Shown here: in pieces, positions 8,145 to 16,993 of the stretch
How the letters are laid out: every line of letters begins with the position of its first letter
How positions within the stretch are numbered: the first letter of the stretch is position 1
Source of the DNA: Candidatus Solibacter sp.
GTDB lineage: Bacteria; Acidobacteriota; Terriglobia; Bryobacterales; Bryobacteraceae
DNA length: 64,000 nt
NCBI GenBank assembly: GCA_037442245.1
Contig: JBBIQR010000002.1
Span: forward strand, 2,727-66,726
Reading direction: 5' to 3'
The notes under the pieces: model-generated
Seen by the model: only the letters and a program-made list of their open reading frames with translations
Database searches by the model: none
What the model was told of the DNA's origin: nothing
Made by a program: the position numbers and the translations under genes

Positions 8145-9548
8145 CTACGTGCCGGCGCCCGCCGCGCACCATAGCGATTTGGCCTCGATCACCGCCGCCG
8201 CTCCCGCCGGCACGTACTCCTTCCACCCGGCGTCCCCCGTCTGTATCATCTTCAGCACATCCCCCGGACTCACGTGCAACTGCGCGGTCCCGGCGCCCTT
8301 GACCGGCACAATCAGCCCGTTTTCCAGCAGGTGCCTGTAGAGATGTTGCAGACGCGGCGCCACCGCCAGCGTCTCCGCCTCCTCCAACTCTCCCGTGGCA
8401 GTCACCGTCGGGTACGCGTACACCTTCGCCTTCCCCTGGAATAACCGTCCGATCCCTTCGAGAATCCCGCCCATCAGATCCCCGTAGTATTGTTCGTCGA
8501 AGACCTCGCGCAGCGTGGGCACCCCCACGGCGAATCCGATCGCCTCCTGCGTACACTGCCGCAGGTACGTGGTCACGCAATCGAACCGGGTGTGGTTGGA
8601 GATCATCACGGTATGGCCGAGCGCGCCCAGCATGTCGGCGCGCAGCAGGAAATCCCGGTGATCGATCGCCGCGCCCGACATCAGGTTCTTGAGGGTCATC
8701 TCCATCACGGCAACCGGTTCGCCCGCCGCCCCGTCCGCCTGCCGGACGCCTTGCTTGGCCGCCTCCAGCATCGCCAGTGTCACATTGGTCACCGGACGGA
8801 AACTCCCGCGCTCGATGGCCACCCGGCGTCCGTGCAGAAGCTCCGAGCCCTGCACGACCTCGCCCGCCGCCGTGAACATCGCCGAATCGGTCAGCCCCTG
8901 CTCCACCAGTTGCAGGCTCATGAGGCGGTTGTCCACGCCGGCGAACGCGGGCCCGGAGAACTTGATCATGTCGATCTCGATCCGCCTACGGTCGAGCCCT
9001 TCCATCAATCCGCGGATCAGTTCCGCCGGATCGTCGTGCCGCGTGAACGCTCCGTAAATGAGGTTCACGCCGGCCAGCCCGACCGCTTCCTGCTGGCTCA
9101 CCGCGAACGCGTCCTGCAGTTCGATGTGGATGATCAGTTCCGACGGCTCCGACCGCGGCCGGTCCTGGAACCGCACACCGAGCCACCCGTGCCCGCCCGG
9201 CGGACGCCGCGACCCGTGGGTGGCCACCGTGTCGGCGAACACGAAGAACGCCGTCTCCGCGCCGCGCTTGGCGTCCAACTGTTGCACCAGTTGGCGGTAC
9301 TCGCCGTCCAGCATCGCCTCCAGACGCTCCCGGCTCACGTAGCGCGGCGTCGGACCGTACAGCCCGTCGCTCACGCCCATCGCGTATGCCGAAATCGACT
9401 TGGCTACCGTGGCCGAGGCTTTGCCGACGTGAAAGAACCAGCGCGCCACTTCCTGCCCGGCGCCGATCTCCGCGAACGTCCCGTGCCGCGTGCCATCCAG
9501 GTTGATCTCCAGGGCTTTCTTCTGCGCGCTGTGCGCACTTCCGTTCAT
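8145..9548 (-). CDS. Conserved hypothetical protein (467 aa), function unknown
   Basis: Long ORF with normal amino-acid composition. ATG at 9548 is preceded by GGAGGGGG. I recognise no catalytic motif by eye. Confidence 0.7.
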   Translation of the reverse strand: MNGSAHSAQKKALEINLDGTRHGTFAEIGAGQEVARWFFHVGKASATVAKSISAYAMGVSDGLYGPTPRYVSRERLEAMLDGEYRQLVQQLDAKRGAETAFFVFADTVATHGSRRPPGGHGWLGVRFQDRPRSEPSELIIHIELQDAFAVSQQEAVGLAGVNLIYGAFTRHDDPAELIRGLMEGLDRRRIEIDMIKFSGPAFAGVDNRLMSLQLVEQGLTDSAMFTAAGEVVQGSELLHGRRVAIERGSFRPVTNVTLAMLEAAKQGVRQADGAAGEPVAVMEMTLKNLMSGAAIDHRDFLLRADMLGALGHTVMISNHTRFDCVTTYLRQCTQEAIGFAVGVPTLREVFDEQYYGDLMGGILEGIGRLFQGKAKVYAYPTVTATGELEEAETLAVAPRLQHLYRHLLENGLIVPVKGAGTAQLHVSPGDVLKMIQTGDAGWKEYVPAGAAAVIEAKSLWCAAGAGT

Positions 9549-9579
9549 GCGTTCCCCCTCCAATGAGACTCGGGCGATC

Positions 9580-10740
9580 TTACCGCGCCGCGGGCGTCAT
9601 CACACCCATGCGGGTCAGTTCCTTCTTCAGCGGCTCCACACTGCGCGCGAAGATCATCTTGTAGGCGGAGCAGAAGTAGTCCAGGTCTTCGAACCGGCGC
9701 CGCGGGCCGTGCCGGAACTTCGGGCATCCCCCATGGCAGAGCGACTGCCATTCGCAGACCTGGCACTCGGCGTGCGCAATCGTCTTTTTCGTCGCGAATG
9801 AGTACCGCTTGGTACGCCGCGCGATTTCGGTCCAGGAATCCTCGTTGGTGTTCCCCAGCTTCCACGGATTCTCCACGAAGAAGTCGCACGGATACACGTC
9901 GCCGTTGTACTCGACCACCACGTAGCTATCGCAGGTTTCGTGCATGGTGCAATTGCCGGGCTTCTGCCCGGCCACGGCTTCGGCGATGTTGTCGAACGCC
10001 CGGATCCGCACCTTGCGCCGGTCCGGCCACCACAACTCGAACATCTCCACCAGGAAGCGGCCGTACTGCTCCGGCGTGATCGTGAACGGCAGCCGGTTGC
10101 CCAGCCCGTCGAACTCCGCCAGCGGAATGAACTGGATGTTGTCCACCCCGATCGACCGGTAAAAGCGGTACAGTTCCTTGGGCTTCTCCACGTTGGCCGA
10201 GCTCAGCACGCACAGGATGTTGAACTCGACGTGGTTGGCCTGTAGCGTCTCCACGCTCTGCATCACGCGCTTCCAGGTGCCCCGCTTCTCCTTGTTGAAC
10301 CGGTAGAGGTCGTTCACTTCCTCGGGGCCGTCCAGCGATACGCCGAGCAGCCAATTGTATTGGCGGAAGAGGTCGCACCAGCTTTTGTCGATCAGCACCG
10401 CGTTGGTCTGTAGCGCGTTGCTCACCGCCTGGTTCGAGCGCCCGTAGCGCTGCTGGAACTCGACCAGCTTTTCGAAAAAGGCCAGCCCGGCAAGCGTCGG
10501 CTCGCCGCCCTGAAACGCGAACACGCTGTTGGGGTAGGAGTAGAACAGGTAAGTATCGACCAGGCGTTCCAGGGTCTCCAGGGTCATGCGCCGTCCCGGC
10601 AGCGCGCTGTACGGGTCGGCTTCGCGGTCGAGGTAGAAGCAGTACTCGCAATCCAGGTTGCACACGGCGCTGGCGGGCTTGATGAGGAGCGAGGTGATGC
10701 GCGGCGCCGGGCCGGACTCGTAGATCGGAAGCTGCGTCAT
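9580..10740 (-). CDS. Anaerobic sulfatase-maturating enzyme (radical SAM/SPASM)
   Basis: CxxxCxxC cluster CNLDCEYCFY near the N-terminus. C-terminal Cys-rich SPASM region (CDSYVVVEYNGDVYPCDFF ... CQVCEWQSLCHGGCPKF). Lies directly downstream of, and on the same strand as, a Cys-type sulfatase. Confidence 0.85.
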   Translation of the reverse strand: MTQLPIYESGPAPRITSLLIKPASAVCNLDCEYCFYLDREADPYSALPGRRMTLETLERLVDTYLFYSYPNSVFAFQGGEPTLAGLAFFEKLVEFQQRYGRSNQAVSNALQTNAVLIDKSWCDLFRQYNWLLGVSLDGPEEVNDLYRFNKEKRGTWKRVMQSVETLQANHVEFNILCVLSSANVEKPKELYRFYRSIGVDNIQFIPLAEFDGLGNRLPFTITPEQYGRFLVEMFELWWPDRRKVRIRAFDNIAEAVAGQKPGNCTMHETCDSYVVVEYNGDVYPCDFFVENPWKLGNTNEDSWTEIARRTKRYSFATKKTIAHAECQVCEWQSLCHGGCPKFRHGPRRRFEDLDYFCSAYKMIFARSVEPLKKELTRMGVMTPAAR

Positions 10741-10789
10741 GCCTGCCCTATCATATCAGCGCCTCCGGGCGGCGCCCGCCGGTGTCCGG

Positions 10790-12148
10790 CTAGCGTCCCT
10801 TTACATCGGCCAGCCACTTTTCGGCCAGGGTGGCCAACTCGTCGGCGATCTCGGGATGGCTGTGCCGCTGATTCACGCTCTCCCCGGGATCCTCCGTCAG
10901 GTTGGAAAGGAACAGGGCGTCATCGCCGGTCAGTGGCTTGTTGCCCTCGGGCGTGCCGTCGTAGGTCTTGCCGTCCTTCACCAGTTTCCAGGCGCCGCGG
11001 CGCACGGCGAGTTGTCCGCCCTGGTGCCAGAAGATGGCCTCGTGGCCGCGGTAGCCGCCTGCCAGCGCGTCGAAGCCGTCCAGGGTCCGGTCCTGCGGCA
11101 GCGGCGCTCCGGTTGCGGCGGCGATCGTGGGCAGGATATCCAGATGGCTCCCCACCCCGGTGGCGAGTTTGCCGCGCGGCACGACCCCGGGCCAGTGCAT
11201 CACCATCGGCACGTGCATCCCGCCGTCGAACGCGCTGAACTTATTGCCGCGGAAGGGCGCGTTATTGCCCGCCGTGGCGGGCTTGTTGTTCAACCCGGCG
11301 CGCGCCTCCCGGGTGGCGCCGTTATCGCCCGTGAACAGGATCAGGGTGTGGTCCAGCAGGCGCAACTCGCGCAGGGTCTGGACCACCTGCCCGACGCCGT
11401 CGTCCAGCGCGGAAAGCATCGCCGCATACATGCGCCGCTCCGGCGCGAGGTCCGGGAACCGCTCTACATACTTCCGCGGCGCGTGAATCGGGTAGTGTAC
11501 GGCGTTGAACGGCAGGTAGCAGAAGAACGGATCGGCGCGGTGCTCGCGGATGAATGCCACTGCCTCGCGCGCGAACATCTCGGTGGTGTACTGGCCGTCT
11601 TCGAAGATCTCGGTCCGGTCGCGCCACAGGTCGTGGTAATTGGCCAGCCGCGGCTCGCCCCAGTAGTAGCGGTGCGAGTAGAAGTCGATGCATCCGGAGT
11701 GGAAGCCGAAGAAGCGGTCGAACCCGTGCGCGTTGGGATCCGTCTCCGGGGTGGCGCCGAGGTGCCACTTGCCGAAGATGCCGGTGGCGTAGCCGGCCCC
11801 CTTCACCACTTGCGCGATGGTCTGTTCGGAAGGCGCCAGCGGCGGACCGTTATCCGGCACGCCGCAGCGGATCGGGTACCGCCCGGTGAGCAGCGACGCT
11901 CGCGAGGGCGCGCAGACCGGCGCGGCGGCGTACCAGTTGGTGAAACGGGTTCCCTCCGCGGCCAGCGCGTCGATGTGGGGAGTCTTCAGGTCGGTAGCGC
12001 CCAGGCAGCCCAGGTCGTGACAGCCCAGGTCGTCGGCCAGAATCAACACTACGTTGGGTTTGGTGGAAGCGGAAGTACGCGGCTGCGCGGAGGCTGCCGA
12101 GGCCGCGGCTACCGCCAGCCACTCGCGGCGGGTGATCATGCCAGCCAT
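10790..12148 (-). CDS. Arylsulfatase-family sulfatase (Cys-type formylglycine)
   Basis: VVLILADDLGCHDLGC metal-site region, CAPSRASLLTGRY (C-x-P-x-R) FGly motif, and signal-like N-terminus MITRREWLAVAAASAASAQP. The start is ambiguous between ATG 12148 and ATG 12139. Confidence 0.9.
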   Translation of the reverse strand: MAGMITRREWLAVAAASAASAQPRTSASTKPNVVLILADDLGCHDLGCLGATDLKTPHIDALAAEGTRFTNWYAAAPVCAPSRASLLTGRYPIRCGVPDNGPPLAPSEQTIAQVVKGAGYATGIFGKWHLGATPETDPNAHGFDRFFGFHSGCIDFYSHRYYWGEPRLANYHDLWRDRTEIFEDGQYTTEMFAREAVAFIREHRADPFFCYLPFNAVHYPIHAPRKYVERFPDLAPERRMYAAMLSALDDGVGQVVQTLRELRLLDHTLILFTGDNGATREARAGLNNKPATAGNNAPFRGNKFSAFDGGMHVPMVMHWPGVVPRGKLATGVGSHLDILPTIAAATGAPLPQDRTLDGFDALAGGYRGHEAIFWHQGGQLAVRRGAWKLVKDGKTYDGTPEGNKPLTGDDALFLSNLTEDPGESVNQRHSHPEIADELATLAEKWLADVKGR

Positions 12149-12276
12149 GGTATCGCAGACCCATCGCGGCTGCCGCAAAACAAAAAGGACCGGGCGTCAC
12201 GGAGGAGAGACGCCCGGTCTAAGGACCCGGAATCCACTCGGAGGTGGCGGATTCCAGGGGTGGAGGATACGCCCGT

Positions 12277-13248
12277 TTACGCCAGCAGGCCGCCGTGTCC
12301 CAGGCAGGCGATTTCCCACCCGGTCACGTGATACCGCGCCAGCAGCGGCGGCAGAACCAGATCCACCACGTTCGGCTTGGCCGACCGGAAACAACCCGGC
12401 GCCGAGACGATCGGGACCTCGTCCTTGTACGACAGCAGCAGCAGATTCCCCGGCTCCACCGGTGCCAGGAACCGCTCCACCTGACCGCCGACCTTCAACA
12501 TCGCCTGACCGATCACGTCTTCCGGACCGGCCGGGGCCGTGGTCGAAGCCACCAGGATCACGCACGGCTTCGATCTCAACAGGTGTTGTAGGCAGCGCGC
12601 CACGGAATTCTCATCTTCCGTGCAGGCGAGGACGAAATTCGGGTTGACCCCGAAACGCTCCAGCCGCTGCCGCATGATGTTCTCGAACAACTGCCGCGCG
12701 CGCTCCCCGCTGACCGGGTCTGTGTACAGGACGCCCACGCTCGGGTTGCGCACGGGGCGGGCCTGGAGAATCGGACCCCGCTCCTTCAAAATGCCGGTGA
12801 TGGCGTCGAGTTGTTCCTTGGCCACCGCGAACGGCGCGCTTTTCACCGTGGCGATGCGCTGCCCCGCCACCGCATAGCTGAAGTTGGCCGAGGTGGCGAT
12901 GACCACGCTGGCCGGAAAATTGAGCTGCTTCAGGAGTTCGTCGTCCACCAGGACGCAGCAGTTCTCGGTTGCCAGCAGGTTGGCGCGTCCGCCGGCCGCG
13001 AGCCGGATCTCAAAGCTGCCGCAGCCCATCTCGCTGGCCACGGCGCAGACCGCGTCGTCCTCGCCGATCTCCCCGTCTTCCAACTCGGTCACCCAGATGG
13101 TCTCCATACCTTCGGATTCCAGTACCCGGATGTCCTCTTCACTGATCACATGGCCCTTTGCCAGCAACTTCTTGCCACCTGGGCGGAATACCGTACAACA
13201 CAGGACTCGTCCCGTGGAACTCTTGACGTCGACCGTTTGGGCTCGCAT
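12277..13248 (-). CDS. Hypothetical protein, possibly molybdopterin-binding (MoCF_BD-like) domain protein
   Basis: Good coding ORF of 323 aa. The C-terminal half (ILVASTTAPAGPEDVIGQAML...VSAPGCFRSAKPNVVDLVLPPLL) resembles MoaB/MogA/CinA-type molybdopterin-binding folds from memory. This is not verified. Confidence 0.4.
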   Translation of the reverse strand: MRAQTVDVKSSTGRVLCCTVFRPGGKKLLAKGHVISEEDIRVLESEGMETIWVTELEDGEIGEDDAVCAVASEMGCGSFEIRLAAGGRANLLATENCCVLVDDELLKQLNFPASVVIATSANFSYAVAGQRIATVKSAPFAVAKEQLDAITGILKERGPILQARPVRNPSVGVLYTDPVSGERARQLFENIMRQRLERFGVNPNFVLACTEDENSVARCLQHLLRSKPCVILVASTTAPAGPEDVIGQAMLKVGGQVERFLAPVEPGNLLLLSYKDEVPIVSAPGCFRSAKPNVVDLVLPPLLARYHVTGWEIACLGHGGLLA

Positions 13249-13408
13249 TGGCGCTTCCTCCGTATGACCCTAAAGAACTATTTCAGGTTATTAGATCCTA
13301 AATATAATCTTAATGTGGGTTTGGCTCCGTGTGCGGATTATTTGGACGGTCTTTTGAGGGGAAAGTCGAATTCCCCTTGTTTGCGGGGATGGGCTACACC
13401 GGGATAGC

Positions 13409-14017
13409 CTAAGCAGGCTGGCGGGGTGTAGGAATTTGAATCAGTTCGTCGGCGGGAGCCGTCATGGCCACCCCCCAAGGCTGGGGCTGCGAGTGCCCCC
13501 AGTGCTCCGGCTGGAGGATGCGCAGCACCGCGATCTCATCGCAGGCGTGGAACTTCGGGCACCGCACGCAGTCCTTCCACGCCTTGAGCGGCAACATCCC
13601 CCGCTCCACCACGTGGAAGCCGACCTTGCTGAAGAAGTCCACCACATAGGTGAAGGCAAACACGGCATCGAGCTGGTACGCTTCCGCCTCGGCGCACAGC
13701 GCTTCGACCAGTTTTCGGCCTACGCCGTGCGATTTCGCGCTCTCCGCCACCGCCAGGGAGCGGATCTCCGCCACCGTGGGGCTGTAGAAGTGCAGCGCGC
13801 CGCAACCCAGCAGCGCGCCGTCCAGTGTCACCACGGTGAAATCGCGGATCGCTTCGGAGAGTTCGAACTCGGTGCGCGGCAGCATGATGCCCCTGGCCGC
13901 GTAGCCGTTGATCAGGTCCAGAATGGGCGGGATGTCGCGCATCGCCGCCTTGCGGGTCACGAGTCCGCGGACCGCCGCGGTCTCGGTGAACGCGTCGGCG
14001 CGCACCGCGCTGATCAT
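13409..14017 (-). CDS. GNAT acetyltransferase, probable short-form N-acetylglutamate synthase
   Basis: GNAT acetyl-CoA motif (VAESAKSHGVGRKLVEAL). The start overlaps the argB stop (ATGA at 14014-17), so it belongs to the arg operon. Confidence 0.65.
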   Translation of the reverse strand: MISAVRADAFTETAAVRGLVTRKAAMRDIPPILDLINGYAARGIMLPRTEFELSEAIRDFTVVTLDGALLGCGALHFYSPTVAEIRSLAVAESAKSHGVGRKLVEALCAEAEAYQLDAVFAFTYVVDFFSKVGFHVVERGMLPLKAWKDCVRCPKFHACDEIAVLRILQPEHWGHSQPQPWGVAMTAPADELIQIPTPRQPA

Positions 14018-14787
14018 GACAGCACCATCCGGGTGCCGGCGGCGTCCCCGCCCAACACCCGCTCGAGGATTCCGGACGCGGCTCCGGGGGCGATCCGTAC
14101 CGTGCCGACACCGCCCTCCAGCGCCGCCAGCGCGGCGTTCAACTTGGCCTGCATCCCGCCGGTAGCGATGCCGGCGGCGATCAGTTCCCGGCTCTCGGCC
14201 GCGGTCAGGACGCGCCGCACCTGTTTGGCGCCATCGAGCACGCCTTCCACATCGGTGAGAAAGACGAGTTGTTCCGCGCCGAACGCGGTCGCGCAGGCAA
14301 CCGCCATCTGATCCGCGTTAACGTTGTAAATTTGTCCCTGCCGGTCGCCGGCCACGCACGCCACTACCGGCACGTAGCCGGCACTCGTGAGCAGTTCGAG
14401 CAGCGCGGGGTTGGAGCGGGTGACCCGGCCCACCGCGCCCAGCGCCGGATCCATCTGCTCGGCTTCGGCGAGGAAACTGTCGATGCCGCTCAGCCCTACC
14501 GCCAGCGCTCCGGCGCGCCCCAACGCGGCCACGAGTTCGTGGTTGACCGAGCCGGCGAAAACCTTGAGCAGCGCGTCCACGGTTTCGGGAGTGGTCACCC
14601 GCAATCCGTTGACGAACCGGCTCTCCACGCCTCGTTCGGACAGGTAGCGAGTCATTTGCTTGCCACCGCCGTGCACGACCACAAGTTTGTGGCCCGCGGT
14701 CCGCGCGGCGGCCAGTTGCGCCGCCAGCGCCGCACGGGATTCCGGCGCGTCCAGCAAGGTCCCGCCCAGTTTCACCAGCAGTTTCAC
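14014..14787 (-). CDS. argB: Acetylglutamate kinase
   Basis: MKLLVKLGGTLL..., VVVHGGGKQ and YNVNADQMA motifs of the amino-acid kinase family. Overlaps the argC stop. Confidence 0.9.
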   Translation of the reverse strand: MKLLVKLGGTLLDAPESRAALAAQLAAARTAGHKLVVVHGGGKQMTRYLSERGVESRFVNGLRVTTPETVDALLKVFAGSVNHELVAALGRAGALAVGLSGIDSFLAEAEQMDPALGAVGRVTRSNPALLELLTSAGYVPVVACVAGDRQGQIYNVNADQMAVACATAFGAEQLVFLTDVEGVLDGAKQVRRVLTAAESRELIAAGIATGGMQAKLNAALAALEGGVGTVRIAPGAASGILERVLGGDAAGTRMVLS

Positions 14788-15785
14788 CGCAGCGCCTCGC
14801 TCTCCGGGAAGCCCAACATGAGGTTCATGTTCTGCACCGCCTGTCCGGCCGCGCCCTTCACCAGGTTATCGATCGCGCTCACCACGACGGCGCGCCCCGT
14901 GCGCGCATCCAGGGTCACCCCGATGTCGCAGTAGTTGGTGTGCGCCACCGCGTGCAGGTCCGGGACGTGCCCGGGATTATAGAGGCGCACAAAGGGCTCG
15001 CCCGCGTACTGTTTCTCGTAGATCGCGACCAGATCTTCGGCGGACGCCAGGTTGGTGCGGAAGTAGATCGTCTCCAGGATTCCCCGGTCGATCGGGATCA
15101 ATTGCGCCGTGAAACTGAACTCCCGCTCCTCGATGCCGGAGATCATGAGCACTTCGGGCACGTGGCGGTGTTTGAGAATCGAGTACGCCGAAAAGTTCTC
15201 CGTGACCTCGCAGAAGCTGGTTTTCAAGCTCGGTTTCCGTCCCGCCCCGCTGACGCCGCTCTTGGCGTCGCACACGATTCCGGCGGTCCGATCGACCGCT
15301 CCGGCTTCTACCAGCGGGCGGATCGCGAGATTCGCCGCCGTCGGGTAGCACCCGGGGTTCGAAAGCAGCCGCGCCCCCGGAATCCGCGACCGGCAGAACT
15401 CCGGCAGCCCATATACCGCCTCCGCCAGCAGCGCCGGTTGGGTATGCGGCTCCTTGTACCACGCTGTATAGTTGGCCGGGGTGCCCAGCCGGAACGCGCC
15501 GCTCAGGTCGATGACGCGCGCTCCGGCATCCAGCATGACCGGCGCCAGTTCCATCGAAACCTCCGGCGGGGTGGCCAGGAAGACGGCGCTAATCCCTTCA
15601 TTCCGAACGGCTTCTCCGGTACACGGCAAGGTCCTTCGGCCATGCCGGTTGCGGATCGCGGGCTTGCCTCCGGCATCTTCCCGATGTTCCAGCAGGACCG
15701 GGCTGACGCTGGGGTGACGTTCCAGAATCCGAACGAGTTCCGCGCCACTATACCCGCGGTGACCGACGATGCCGACGAGCTTCAT
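14784..15785 (-). CDS. argC: N-acetyl-gamma-glutamyl-phosphate reductase
   Basis: N-terminus MKLVGIVGHRGYSGAELVRIL (Rossmann fold). Active-site region LSNPGCYPTA. 333 aa. Confidence 0.9.
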   Translation of the reverse strand: MKLVGIVGHRGYSGAELVRILERHPSVSPVLLEHREDAGGKPAIRNRHGRRTLPCTGEAVRNEGISAVFLATPPEVSMELAPVMLDAGARVIDLSGAFRLGTPANYTAWYKEPHTQPALLAEAVYGLPEFCRSRIPGARLLSNPGCYPTAANLAIRPLVEAGAVDRTAGIVCDAKSGVSGAGRKPSLKTSFCEVTENFSAYSILKHRHVPEVLMISGIEEREFSFTAQLIPIDRGILETIYFRTNLASAEDLVAIYEKQYAGEPFVRLYNPGHVPDLHAVAHTNYCDIGVTLDARTGRAVVVSAIDNLVKGAAGQAVQNMNLMLGFPESEALR

Positions 15786-15818
15786 GAATAAAAATTCGCT
15801 TCTGTGTATGATTATACC
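15785..15818. promoter_or_regulatory. Pair of ARG-box-like sites (putative ArgR operator) at the argC start
   Basis: Box 1 is TGAATAAAAATTCG (15785-15798), 13/14 to TGAAT-wwww-ATTCA. Box 2 is TGTATGATTATACC (15805-15818), about 10/14. The cores are separated by 6 nt. Box 1 abuts the argC ATG (CAT at 15783-15785). Confidence 0.5.
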
Positions 15819-15873
15819 ACCTGGGAGGTGGACTAGTAGTGGAAGGTCATGGGGGATAAATATTCAGGGGGAT

Positions 15874-16458
15874 CTACGGCCAAGATACGCGTCGGTGGAA
15901 GTCGGAGTGAGAGAGCAACTCCGGCGCCGTGCGTCCACCTGGCAGTTCCGCGATAACGATTTGCAGGCCGGCTTTTCGACCGTGCTTCATGGCGGGAATA
16001 CAGTCCGTGTCGTTCGAGACTAAGATAATTCGGTCCACCGCCCTTGTTGCAGAATAGACAGCGATATCGAGGCCGATCCGCATATCAACGCCCTTCTGTT
16101 CAAAATCCGGAGCGAAATCGTCGTCTTGTAAGGCTGCTCCAGCGAGGGGAATATTTTTGGGTTTGTACCCCCTGAATTTAAGCACCCCCCGCCGCACAGC
16201 AAAGAGATCCTTTTGTGGTAGTTCGGTCAGCCACTGATCCGAACCAGTGAACTGATAGGTAGCGCCAGAGACCGGGAGCTTGGCCTGGCCTGTGTATGGT
16301 GCACAGTCGTAGTACAGGACCCGGAGGATTTCCTCTTCCGCTACCACGCACTTTCGAGAGAAGCCCTCTATGAAAGCGGGGTTATAAACATGGCCGGCCT
16401 TCTTGGCGAGGACGCGGACAAAGCCGCCGTCGATTAGGACAGCAACGTTCTTGGCCAT
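15874..16458 (-). CDS. NYN-domain (LabA/DUF88-like, PIN-fold) protein
   Basis: N-terminus MAKNVAVLIDGGFVRVL. C-terminal region ILVSNDTDCIPAMKHGRKAGLQIV, typical of NYN/LabA nucleases. The gene is visibly lower in G+C than its neighbours. Confidence 0.75.
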   Translation of the reverse strand: MAKNVAVLIDGGFVRVLAKKAGHVYNPAFIEGFSRKCVVAEEEILRVLYYDCAPYTGQAKLPVSGATYQFTGSDQWLTELPQKDLFAVRRGVLKFRGYKPKNIPLAGAALQDDDFAPDFEQKGVDMRIGLDIAVYSATRAVDRIILVSNDTDCIPAMKHGRKAGLQIVIAELPGGRTAPELLSHSDFHRRVSWP

Positions 16459-16465
16459 CTTGCGT

Positions 16466-16500
16466 AAAAAGATAAAGGCCTCCGTCTGAAGACGGAGGCC
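16466..16500 (-). terminator. Rho-independent terminator (minus-strand orientation) just upstream of the NYN gene
   Basis: Perfect 10-bp stem ggcctccgtc (16477-16486) / gacggaggcc (16491-16500) with a tgaa loop. On the minus strand it is followed by TTTATCTTTTT (plus-strand 16466-16476). Confidence 0.7.
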
Positions 16501-16993
16501 CCAAATACTTGCTCGCCTACGAGCGTAGCGGATACATTACGAGTATACGCAGCCGTTGCCTTGTAGTCAATAGCTAGCTGGCCGTGATGGCCGTGATGGC
16601 CGTGAAGCAAATCAAAATCTTGTAGATCAATCGTTTCCCCTGAGAAACTCGCCCAAACCCCACGTGCGCTCCGTGATCTCTCACAATGTCCGCGCGCAAC
16701 GACATGAAGACCTCTGGCTATCGACGGAGCGACGGCTCCGTGTCTCAACGCACTCACACACACGAGTGCGAATCCCATCACCAGCGGTTCGAGACGAATC
16801 GAGACCGGTAAGAAATGCCGGCCCCGGCTGGGCTCGAACGCAGGCTTCCGGCCTAACAGGCCGATCCGCCAGTTTGCCAGATTATCACAAGCCCCACAAC
16901 GTGGGACCACTACCCGAGGGGGGAGTGTAGACGGGGCCGCGGGCGGCATCGGTGACGTTTTAACGCCGCTTGTCCCCGCGCTACCCTTGGCAC

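Noticed and set aside
9580-12148. Sulfatase plus anSME pair, considered as a novel system.
   Set aside because: This is a textbook pairing of a Cys-type sulfatase with its radical-SAM formylglycine maturase. There is nothing unusual beyond its presence.
13340-13372. Hairpin ggggaa-agtcgaa-ttcccc in the AT-rich gap between the GNAT gene end and the divergent or upstream region, considered as a terminator of the arg operon.
   Set aside because: On the minus strand (the arg operon direction) it is not followed by a T-run. On the plus strand there is no upstream gene to terminate. The function is unclear.
16580-16605. Triple direct 9-mer GGCCGTGAT, considered as a possible CRISPR or other repeat array.
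   Set aside because: The units are contiguous with no spacers, there are only about three of them, and the repeat is far too short for CRISPR. I saw no CRISPR array anywhere in the window.
16574-16705. 43-codon minus-strand ORF MSLRADIVRDHGAHVGFGRVSQGKRLIYKILICFTAITAITAS with a hydrophobic tail (type-I-toxin-like). It overlaps the triple GGCCGTGAT repeat.
   Set aside because: There is no Shine-Dalgarno sequence, the hydrophobic tail is generated by the 9-mer repeat itself, and no supporting conservation is available. Kept only as a possibility within the non-coding-gap finding.
16827-16864. tRNA/tmRNA-like fragment on the minus strand. It has an anticodon-arm-like hairpin tcggc-CTGTTAG-gccgg (GUU, Asn-like, with U33 and A37) followed by GCGTTCGAGCCCAGC, which resembles a T-loop.
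   Set aside because: I could not build a matching T-stem, D-arm or acceptor stem, and there is no CCA-proximal complement. It may be a decayed tRNA 3' fragment (an old att site) or coincidence. tRNAscan-SE or ARAGORN is needed.
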